A DNA stretch of 64,000 nucleotides from an uncultured virus (IMG/VR IMGVR_UViG_3300044678_003135) (taxonomy: Duplodnaviria > Heunggongvirae > Uroviricota > Caudoviricetes): IMG/VR virus record IMGVR_UViG_3300044678_003135; one strand, 5' to 3'. Positions 8,944-16,834 of the stretch are shown here, one piece after another. Each line of letters opens with the position of its first letter. Within the stretch, counting starts at the first letter, position 1. Position numbers and translations under genes: made by a program. Below the pieces are notes generated by a model. It was not told the origin of the DNA. It searched no databases and was given only the letters and a program-made list of their open reading frames with translations.

Positions 8944-9810
8944 GTGATTTACACTTCTAGGCGGCGGGCGCCAACTTTATGGACCCCAACCCAAACTGCC
9001 ACCGAGCTATGGCTTACGCCGTATGACACGGCCACAACTACGATTGCGACAGGGGTATCCCAGATCCGGGACAAGAAGCTGGGGCTTGAGCGCGTTTTCG
9101 ACCAAGCGACTGGCGGGGCTCAGCCAACCATGGGGAATCCGTTAAATGGCAAAAACGGACTAACATTTAACGGAAGCCAATGGCTGACTTCTTCCAGTTC
9201 GGCAGCAACGTGGAATTTTCTGCATACCGCAGCGGGCGCGGGCGCAACTATCGTAGCCGTGTGGAGAGCCGGAAACACCGCAGATCCCAACGCTCTATAC
9301 GGACTACTGGGGAACAACGCCGGGGCGTCAGCCAACCACGGCTTTTCTGTGTTTTTTGATGACAGAGCCCCTGTTGGCCGCAATCTAAGAGCTGGCGCGT
9401 TAATAACAAGAGGAGTAGGCAGCCAAGATGCAGCTGTCAACCTATCAGGGGACAACGCGCACCCGGCTAACACTCCTGTAATTATCACGCATATTGGTGA
9501 CCCCAGCAACGCAACACCTGCGAACAGGTCAATAATTACAGTCAACGGCGGGGCGGAAATTAAAAACAACTCACTCACAAACGCCCCATCTTCGGCAAAT
9601 GCGTCCTTTCTGTTGGATCTCGGGACGCTGGGCAATGGCGCGTCTCGACTCGTAGGCGTTATATGGGAAATCGTCATTCTGCCCCCTGGCACTAGCCTCG
9701 CCACCGTTCAGTTGGTCCAGGGTTATCTTGCCGGCCCGGTCGCCGGATGGAATCTGCAGAGCCTCCTCCCCGTAGGGCACCCCTACAAATCTGCCGCGCC
9801 AACTGGGTAG
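8944..9810 (+). CDS. LamG/concanavalin-like virion protein
   Basis: LWTP...LWL start, NGKNGLTFNGSQWL, GVIWEIVI...VQGYLA..W....LP.GHPYK ending; GTG start inferred. Confidence 0.65.
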   Translation: MIYTSRRRAPTLWTPTQTATELWLTPYDTATTTIATGVSQIRDKKLGLERVFDQATGGAQPTMGNPLNGKNGLTFNGSQWLTSSSSAATWNFLHTAAGAGATIVAVWRAGNTADPNALYGLLGNNAGASANHGFSVFFDDRAPVGRNLRAGALITRGVGSQDAAVNLSGDNAHPANTPVIITHIGDPSNATPANRSIITVNGGAEIKNNSLTNAPSSANASFLLDLGTLGNGASRLVGVIWEIVILPPGTSLATVQLVQGYLAGPVAGWNLQSLLPVGHPYKSAAPTG

Positions 9811-9846
9811 CCCGGCGGCCAACCGTCCCTATCACCATGCCCATAC

Positions 9847-10131
9847 TTGATTCAGAACGCTGCTGGCCCTGTGGATCGACGAACTGAAATGGTGCAGCTG
9901 GCCACTGAGCTGCTGAGTGAACAGATCCGACCGGTGCAGATCGTGTCGATCTCCGATGCCGGTGGTGAGCCCCAAGGTGAGTTCGTATCGAACCGGCAGC
10001 GCTTCATCTTCAGGTTCACCAAGGGCGGCATGGTCACCTATAAGCCCAAGGGCCAAGGTGGCGGCGGCCGGGAGGATAGCGATCTCCAGGCCCGGATTGA
10101 GCGCATCAAAACCCGTCTCGGAGCATCGTGA
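9847..10131 (+). CDS. Small head-module protein, paralogous to the N-terminal domain of 10577-14812
   Basis: Ends REDSDLQARIERIKTRL; shared FRF...G.V.Y.P segment. Confidence 0.65.
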   Translation: MIQNAAGPVDRRTEMVQLATELLSEQIRPVQIVSISDAGGEPQGEFVSNRQRFIFRFTKGGMVTYKPKGQGGGGREDSDLQARIERIKTRLGAS

Positions 10132-10580
10132 TGAACTGGCTCGATGGACTGCTGGATCGCCTCGCCTTAAAGCTGGCGCTCAAGGTCCGCGCCCAGCTGG
10201 ATGGTGCAATTGATGCCGCGCTGGATCAGGCGGAAGACCGGATCGACACGGCCTTCGAGGGGCTTGATGAGCGGCTGCAGGCAGCGGCCACAAAGCGCAT
10301 CGCAGACATGAAGGTGACGCTGGGGCAGGCCCCCCAGTTGCAGCAGCAGATCGAAGCGCTGGAGGCGGCGGGGAAGCCTGCCCTGGCGTTGCAGCCGCAG
10401 ATCGAGGCCATCGGCCCGGAGCGGCTGCAGGTTGCCGCCGAAGCCGCCGGAATGATTCCAGCCAAAGAAATGAAGGCCCAGATCAGCTTTGCAGCCTCTT
10501 CAGCGAGGGCTGCCGCCGCTGACCACCTGCGCAGCCGCTTGACGCCGCCCCGGCCATGGAAGGAGATCCCTGATCGATGA
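10128..10580 (+). CDS. Helical hypothetical protein
   Basis: Overlapping start/stop with both neighbours. Confidence 0.65.
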   Translation: MMNWLDGLLDRLALKLALKVRAQLDGAIDAALDQAEDRIDTAFEGLDERLQAAATKRIADMKVTLGQAPQLQQQIEALEAAGKPALALQPQIEAIGPERLQVAAEAAGMIPAKEMKAQISFAASSARAAAADHLRSRLTPPRPWKEIPDR

Positions 10581-13500
10581 GCCGTCACCAGTCCCTGCTG
10601 GATCGCCTTTCGGCCATTGAGGCTCAGTTTTCCGTGGCCCGCGTCAACAAGGCCCTGGCCCAGCGCCCCGTGGCCCTGCGGCACGACGCCGCCGATCGGG
10701 TCTCCCCGGTGCTGCAGCAGCTGCTGGCCGAGGTGCTCCCCGGCGCCCTGGTGCTCGACTGGCGGCAGGACGGTGCTGCCCATGCCGGGCGGATGGCCGC
10801 CGATGGCCTGGTCTACCGGTTCCGTGTCGATGCGGAAGGCGTTGGCTATCGCCCCGCATGGGAGGGGGTGCTGCAGCGTGGTTGGGAGCTGCGATCGGAT
10901 TCGTTTCTGCAGCTGCGGGCCCCTGTCGCCCGGATGGACTTCCGCCGCACCAGGGCCGGCGGTGGCCAGAAGCGGAAATGCGCCACCGGCTACGGCTGCG
11001 GCAACGCCTGCATCTCCCTCCAGAAGGAGTGCCGGATCGCCCCCCGTTCAGCGATCGGAAAGGGCCGCCTGCGGCGCCTCCAGCAGCTGGCTGCCGCCGG
11101 CAACCAATCAGCTGGCAAAACCGCCAGCCAGGCGCAGGCCTCCCGCGGGGCGGCCGCGGCGGCTCTGCAGAAGGACCGCACCACCCAGCGGGTGCAGAAG
11201 CTGCTCGAGCGGCCGGAGATCGCCGAGTTCCTGCGCACCGGCAAGCTCCCCGCCTCGGCCAACAGCTCCACGGAGCCCGGCACCGTCCGGGAGATGAAGC
11301 CAGGGGAGCTCGCCTTCGATCCCTCCCGCTTCCAGTACAAGATCAATGCCACCGCCACCACCGGCGAGGTGGGCAGCCTGTCGGGGGTGCGCAAGTGGGA
11401 CCCGAACCTTTCCGGCGTGATGTCGGTCTGGAAGGACCCGGCCGACGACAAGGTCTATGTGGTCAACGGGCACAACCGCCTGGCCCTGGCCAACCGCCTG
11501 GGGGCGGAGGCCGTCACCGTGCGCTTCCTCAATGCCGCCACCGCCACCGAGGCCCGGGCAATCGGGGCCCTGCAGAACATCGCCGAAGGGGCCGGCTCCC
11601 CGATGGATGCGGCCAAGTTCTTCCGCGACACCGGCATCAAGAGCCAGCAGGACGTGGAGGCCCGGGGCCTGCCCCTGGGCAGCGGCCAGGCATCCAAGGG
11701 GCTGAGCCTCAGCAAGCTCCCCGGCGACGTGTTCAACGCTGTGGTGCGGGGTGACCTGACGGTGAACCGCGGGGCGATCATTGGCGGCAGTGGCCTCGAT
11801 GACGCCAAGCAGCGGGAGGTGTTCAAGATGATCGGCTCCCGCAAAGCCATCACCGATCAGACCCTGCAGGAGCTGGTGGAGCATGCCGCTGCCAGCTCCC
11901 AACGCACCCAGACCACGATGGATCTCTTCGGAATGAGCCAGGAGGCCAAAGACAACCTGTTCACCCGGGCCAAGCTCTCCGCCGGCCTGAAGGCCAAGAT
12001 CGCCCGGGAGAAGCGCCTCTTCTCCACCGTCAGCAAGGCCAAGGCCGCCACCAGCCTGACCGAGAAGGGGGGGAACGTGATCAACCAGGAGCAGAGCGCC
12101 AAGGTGGCCGGCGAGGCCAGCGAGGCCCTGGGGGTGTTTGAGCGGCTGAAGAGCGCCTCTGGCCCGATCAGTTCCGCCCTCAACCGTGCCGCCGATCGGG
12201 TGGAGGCCGGCGAGGCCGAGGCCACGGTGCGGAAGGAGCTGGAGCGGGATGTCTTCGAGGCGGTGCAGGCTGAGCTGGAAGCGGTGGGGCTGCGCAAGCG
12301 GCCCCGGGCCGACAGCCTGCAGGAACGGATCGATGCCCTGCGGAAGCAATGCAGCACCGGCTATGGCTGCGGGTCGGCTTGCATCAGCTTGCGGAAGGAA
12401 TGTCGCACCACTCCCCGCAGCGCCATCGGGAAGGAGCGCATGAAGCGGCTGCTGGCCCTGGCCCAAGGCGAAATCAAGCCCAAGGGGATAGGTGTGCCTA
12501 AAGCAGCCGAAGCGGCCACCATGGCGGCTGATCTGCAGGGTCGGCGCACCGGCCAAGCTCAGGAGCTGCGATTCCAGCGCCAGGCTGCTCGTCGAGCCAA
12601 GGCTGCTCAAGAGAAACAAACCAATCCCTACCGGCCAACTCCGCAACTTAAGGAGATCGTCACCTTAAAGCCAATGAGCATCGCTGCAGGAGGCGATACA
12701 AACTACGATCCAGCAGTAGAGAAAAGAAAAGCAGCGGGTGGCCTGAAGTATTACCGCACCCAGCGTGGAGGAGCCACCAAGCAAAACTACTTTTTCCGGG
12801 ATCGCCAGGCAGCAGAGCACTGGTACGCAGACCACAACGCTAAAAGTGACGCGGATGCCGAGGAGGGCACCAATAATCGCCGTGGCAACGAGTGGCAGGC
12901 CGAGTACAAGGCCTCCTATGTGGGCAATCGAAACCTTCTGCGAGACACCAGCGACCGCGAAGTGCTGGAGACAGTTGAGTCCTTTGCAGCTGCCGGCACA
13001 GCAACAAGAGGGGGGACCGCAACAGACGTGCGCATCGGTGGCAACAAGCATTCCAGGCCGATTCGAGAGGGCACGTTTGCAAATGGGAACGCATCAGAAG
13101 GCTCACCCCAGCCGGTGCTGACCAACCCCGGCCGCCAGGATCCCGGCCTGGCACCCAAGGCCAAGGAGCAGGGCCTAAACGCCCAGGACGTGACCACCAG
13201 CAAGCAACAGGCCGCCTTCGCCCGGCAGCAGCAGCAGGCCGCCCAGGCCGCCGGGGATCAATCCGGGGCTCAGGCCTGGCGGAAGGAAGAGAGGGCGGTG
13301 GAGCGCGGCCGGCTGGCCACGGCCATCAGCAGCAACAAGCAGAGCCAGAGATCGCTGTTTGGGGTGACCGAATACGACGAAACCATGCCGCTGTTCAAGG
13401 AACAGCCCGCCAGCACCCCCAGCACCGGCGGCAGCCTGGCCGTCCAGTCCGGCGGTGGAGCAGCCGCCCGGCCCACGACGACGGCCCCTGCCTCCAAACC

Positions 13501-14812
13501 CGGCAGCGTCACAGAAGCCCTCAGGCAAACCCTGGGGGCCCTGAAGGCCGCCGACATCCGGCAGATGGGGATGATCGCTGAGCAGCTCTTCGAGGCCGGC
13601 TGGACAATCGACCGCCGCACCCGCTACCGGGGCATGAGCAAGGACCAGGCCCGGGACAAGTTCAAGGCCGAGTTTGCCCAGAAGATGCAGGCCCAGGCCA
13701 GCTCCCCGGAAGCCGCCGCCCGATCCGCGGCAATGCGCAACCGTGCCGGCGCCTCCGGAACGGTCTCTGGTGCCCTGAAGAGCGTGCTCGAAGACATGAA
13801 GGCCCAGGACCAGCGGCTGAACGATCTCCAGCGGCAGACGATCGAGCTGCGCCTGAAGGCAGAGGAACAGTTCGGTGGTGAAGGTGGCGAAGACCCATCG
13901 CTGGGTGGTGGCCGGCCGCGGCGGCGCCTCGGCGGCGGCCGGCGGGATGCTGACATCCTCGAAGCCCGGATCGATGCCCTGCGCCGGAAGTGCAGCACTG
14001 GCTATGGCTGCGGATCCAGCTGCATCTCGATGAGCAAGCAGTGCCGCAAGACCCCCGGAGCCGGCCCCGGCCAGCAGAAGATGCAGCGCATCCTCGCCCT
14101 GGCGGCGCCGGGAAATGCAACGCCGGCCAAGTCGCCGTCTCCGGCAGTGGCGCCTTCACCAAGGCAAACGGCAAGAAGAACCCCGAAGACAGACCCCGAG
14201 AACCTGCTGGACATGCAGAAAAGAGGGCAGGAAAGCCGCGCCAGAATTGCCAAGATCCGCAGCACTGACGAGCAAGCAATAGCGAGAGAAGCCAAGAAGC
14301 TTGGCTTGAGCGATGCGCACCTTGGCGCACTCAGCAATTACACGGCGGATGATAAATATACAGCCATAAACCACTACATGAGAACTGGTAAGGCTAAAAC
14401 GCAATACGATCAGAACTTTAACGAATCCAGAGACAGCGCGGCCATGCTGAAAGATGCGCTGACAAAGCTCCCCGAATACAGGGGGGATACCTTCCGGGGG
14501 ATTGCCATTCCGACGGCAGACGCGGAAAGGATGTTCAAGGTTGGTGGGGTCTTTCGGGACAAGGCCTTTCAGAGCACAAGCAGAGATGAAACGGTTGCAA
14601 AACACTTTGCAGCCGGGGGAGTTACATCTTCAAAAATCACAGCGGTTATTATCACCTACAAAGCGGGGCACGGCGGCCGAGATGTATCCAAGCTATCAGA
14701 GCGAGCGGATGAGCAAGAGGTTATTGTCGGTCCACCGGCAAAGTTCAGGGTGCTATCCGTAACCCCTGGTCCCAAAGGAAAAGGACTGCAGGTTACAGTG
14801 GAACGAATATGA
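10577..14812 (+). CDS. Large multidomain (polyvalent) protein: ParB/Srx-like domain, three Cys-rich modules, C-terminal ADP-ribosyltransferase
   Basis: YVVNGHNRL (ParB-like); YT...Y..IN..., FRG, FQSTS, EQE (R-S-E class ART). Confidence 0.88.
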   Translation: MSRHQSLLDRLSAIEAQFSVARVNKALAQRPVALRHDAADRVSPVLQQLLAEVLPGALVLDWRQDGAAHAGRMAADGLVYRFRVDAEGVGYRPAWEGVLQRGWELRSDSFLQLRAPVARMDFRRTRAGGGQKRKCATGYGCGNACISLQKECRIAPRSAIGKGRLRRLQQLAAAGNQSAGKTASQAQASRGAAAAALQKDRTTQRVQKLLERPEIAEFLRTGKLPASANSSTEPGTVREMKPGELAFDPSRFQYKINATATTGEVGSLSGVRKWDPNLSGVMSVWKDPADDKVYVVNGHNRLALANRLGAEAVTVRFLNAATATEARAIGALQNIAEGAGSPMDAAKFFRDTGIKSQQDVEARGLPLGSGQASKGLSLSKLPGDVFNAVVRGDLTVNRGAIIGGSGLDDAKQREVFKMIGSRKAITDQTLQELVEHAAASSQRTQTTMDLFGMSQEAKDNLFTRAKLSAGLKAKIAREKRLFSTVSKAKAATSLTEKGGNVINQEQSAKVAGEASEALGVFERLKSASGPISSALNRAADRVEAGEAEATVRKELERDVFEAVQAELEAVGLRKRPRADSLQERIDALRKQCSTGYGCGSACISLRKECRTTPRSAIGKERMKRLLALAQGEIKPKGIGVPKAAEAATMAADLQGRRTGQAQELRFQRQAARRAKAAQEKQTNPYRPTPQLKEIVTLKPMSIAAGGDTNYDPAVEKRKAAGGLKYYRTQRGGATKQNYFFRDRQAAEHWYADHNAKSDADAEEGTNNRRGNEWQAEYKASYVGNRNLLRDTSDREVLETVESFAAAGTATRGGTATDVRIGGNKHSRPIREGTFANGNASEGSPQPVLTNPGRQDPGLAPKAKEQGLNAQDVTTSKQQAAFARQQQQAAQAAGDQSGAQAWRKEERAVERGRLATAISSNKQSQRSLFGVTEYDETMPLFKEQPASTPSTGGSLAVQSGGGAAARPTTTAPASKPGSVTEALRQTLGALKAADIRQMGMIAEQLFEAGWTIDRRTRYRGMSKDQARDKFKAEFAQKMQAQASSPEAAARSAAMRNRAGASGTVSGALKSVLEDMKAQDQRLNDLQRQTIELRLKAEEQFGGEGGEDPSLGGGRPRRRLGGGRRDADILEARIDALRRKCSTGYGCGSSCISMSKQCRKTPGAGPGQQKMQRILALAAPGNATPAKSPSPAVAPSPRQTARRTPKTDPENLLDMQKRGQESRARIAKIRSTDEQAIAREAKKLGLSDAHLGALSNYTADDKYTAINHYMRTGKAKTQYDQNFNESRDSAAMLKDALTKLPEYRGDTFRGIAIPTADAERMFKVGGVFRDKAFQSTSRDETVAKHFAAGGVTSSKITAVIITYKAGHGGRDVSKLSERADEQEVIVGPPAKFRVLSVTPGPKGKGLQVTVERI
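12315..12463 (+). repeat. 149-bp direct repeat, copy 1 (encodes the Cys module)
   Basis: Matches 15106-15254 with 4 mismatches by manual comparison. Confidence 0.9.
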
Positions 14813-15006
14813 CTATGAATGCGATGACGGGATCAAGCAAACCTGGCAAAGGCAAAGGGCTTCAAGGCCGAATGCAGGACATTGGTTTTGAGTTTGCAGA
14901 CCCGGAGGGGCAATTCCCCGCCGATCAAAAGGATGCCGAGAGCCAGGCAGCTGAACCCACTGGCTCTACAAAGAAACTGCCATCGTCCACAACGCCTCGC
15001 CGATGA
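14809..15006 (+). CDS. Small protein downstream of the ART domain (immunity candidate)
   Basis: ATGA overlaps at both ends; lower GC like the ART domain. Confidence 0.55.
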   Translation: MTMNAMTGSSKPGKGKGLQGRMQDIGFEFADPEGQFPADQKDAESQAAEPTGSTKKLPSSTTPRR

Positions 15007-15701
15007 CGCCTTTCAGCCCTGCCAGCAGCAATCCCTCAGCCCGCCGCCCCGACGCTGCCCCCATCGACTGGGCCAACGTGGCCGTGGAAACCACCGTGAT
15101 GCTCCGCCTGCAGGAACGGATCGATGCCCTGCGGAAGCAATGCAGCACCGGCTATGGCTGCGGGTCGGCTTGCATCAGCCTGCGGAAGGAATGTCGCACC
15201 ACTCCTCGCAGCGCCATCGGGAAGGAGCGGCTGAAGCGGCTGCTGGCCCTGGCCGGCGGTGGCAAGGTGGCCCAGCGGGGGATCGCACCGGTGCGGGGGA
15301 AGGATGCCGGTGAGCTGGCCGGTGGCATTGCCGCTCGCCGTGGTGAGCTAGCATCCCGGCTGCGCGGAACACGCCAGCAGGCCGAGGTTTCAAGGATGAA
15401 AGCCTATCGCAGGATTTCCGCGTCAGGCCAGGACTTGGCCCGTAGGTGGGCAAGAGCCGGCGAGGCTGCGCGTAGGCGCGGAATAGATAGTTATGCGGGA
15501 CCGCCAAACCGGAAAAAGGCTGAGCGGGCCGCAACGGTAGACGCAGCTGCTCGCGCCTTTAGAGGGGCCATGGCTGGAGCGCCGGGATTGCGATACAGAA
15601 ACGCAATGTCGCAACAAGATACTCAACAGAGAGCCGAAAAAGCATTTAGAGCTCGGCCAAGGTTTAGCACAAGGCAAAGAGTAAAAAAGGGCTGGAGCTA
15701 A
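15003..15701 (+). CDS. Cys-module protein with Arg/Ala-rich basic C-terminus
   Basis: IDWANVAVETTVMLRLQERIDALRKQCSTGYGCGSACISLRKECR. Confidence 0.75.
   Translation: MTPFSPASSNPSARRPDAAPIDWANVAVETTVMLRLQERIDALRKQCSTGYGCGSACISLRKECRTTPRSAIGKERLKRLLALAGGGKVAQRGIAPVRGKDAGELAGGIAARRGELASRLRGTRQQAEVSRMKAYRRISASGQDLARRWARAGEAARRRGIDSYAGPPNRKKAERAATVDAAARAFRGAMAGAPGLRYRNAMSQQDTQQRAEKAFRARPRFSTRQRVKKGWS
15106..15254 (+). repeat. 149-bp direct repeat, copy 2
   Basis: Matches 12315-12463. Confidence 0.9.
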
Positions 15702-15789
15702 CTCATGCCCACCCCCTGATTGAGCACAACGAGAACTTTTCTGCGATTCGCGCGGCAAAGAAAGCGGAAGGACGCTAAACACTAAGGCG

Positions 15790-16011
15790 TCAGGCCTGGG
15801 ATTCTGGCAAACTGCGTGTTTTCCTTTTGCGGGCTGCGTCTGCAGCCTTGCCTTCAGGGGTTTTCTTTCCACACATGGAGCAAAGAGGAAGAAAAAACTG
15901 ACCCCAAGCTTTCCGTCCACACCGTGGGCAGACCGGACAAGGAGGGGCGTCACCATCAACTCGAGCGCGAAACCGTTTTACTCTCTCCCTGGAAGTGTCA
16001 GGCATCGTCAA
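15790..16011 (-). CDS. Small C4 zinc-finger protein
   Basis: CPRCGR...LCSMC; paralogue at 62671-62880. Confidence 0.7.
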   Translation of the reverse strand: MTMPDTSRERVKRFRARVDGDAPPCPVCPRCGRKAWGQFFLPLCSMCGKKTPEGKAADAARKRKTRSLPESQA

Positions 16012-16186
16012 TCTCCACCATGGCGGGCCAGTTGGGCATTAGGGGGTCGTAGGCAGCTTCAAGGGCCTGGCGCAGCTCGGCGCGGGTGACGCGGATCGTG
16101 CCACCATCGGCGCCCCATTCGTGAAAGTGGCCACCGAGGTGCGTGCGGGCCAGAACGTCGTCAACGGTGGGGATGGGCTGGGTCAT
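15998..16186 (-). CDS. Hypothetical protein
   Basis: ATG ORF overlapping the Zn-finger gene start. Confidence 0.55.
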   Translation of the reverse strand: MTQPIPTVDDVLARTHLGGHFHEWGADGGTIRVTRAELRQALEAAYDPLMPNWPAMVEIDDA

Positions 16187-16381
16187 GGTGGGGGTGGTGC
16201 GGTGGGATGAATTGCCGGGCTGTGGCGCCCGGCGGGGGGGGGCAGGCGGCCAGCGGTGAGCACTGGGGCATCCGAACTGTAACGACTGGTGGACACAGCC
16301 GACGGCATGGGCCGAGCCAGTTGATCATCCGTAACAAGTGGCGGAATCTCTAGCCTGTTCCTGATGCCCCGATCCACGACT

Positions 16382-16531
16382 ATGCCCACCCCCGCCACCT
16401 CCGAAGCCCCCCGCAGCGATGGCAAGGCCATCGACTGGGCCAACGTGGCCGTGGAGGTCACCGTGATGCTGCGCTTGCAGGAGGCCCCACCAGTGGCCGC
16501 GGCACGGGGCAAGCGCACCAAGGTCAGCTGA
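16382..16531 (+). CDS. 49-aa peptide paralogous to the N-terminus of 15003-15701 (not in the ORF track)
   Basis: MPTPATSEAPRSDGKAIDWANVAVEVTVMLRLQEAPPVAAARGKRTKVS. Confidence 0.65.
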   Translation: MPTPATSEAPRSDGKAIDWANVAVEVTVMLRLQEAPPVAAARGKRTKVS

Positions 16532-16759
16532 TCAGAGCCCCAGCAGCAGGGCCGGATCAATCGCCAGCAGCAGGCAGATGGATCGCAGCTGGCCAGGGTT
16601 CGGATCACGCTCGCCTGAGCACCACCGGCTGACGGCGCTGCGGTGCACCTCCAGCTGCTCCGCCAGCTGCTGCTGGCTGACGTTCCGCTGTCGCATGATC
16701 ACGCCCAAACGTGCACCCAACAGCCGACGGACCATCGCGTCAGGCAGGAGTGTCGCCAT
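16532..16759 (-). CDS. XRE-family HTH transcriptional regulator
   Basis: SQQQLAEQLEVHRSAVSRWCSGERDP. Confidence 0.9.
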   Translation of the reverse strand: MATLLPDAMVRRLLGARLGVIMRQRNVSQQQLAEQLEVHRSAVSRWCSGERDPNPGQLRSICLLLAIDPALLLGL

Positions 16760-16834
16760 TGTGCGTTTATGGCATCCATGCCTTCAACATAAGGCCGGCG
16801 GCTTCATCTTCCTGGCAGCTCCTGCTATCTGCCG

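Noticed and set aside
12315..15254. Repeat pair as DGR template/variable repeat
   Set aside because: No reverse transcriptase recognised, and the few mismatches are mostly not at adenines
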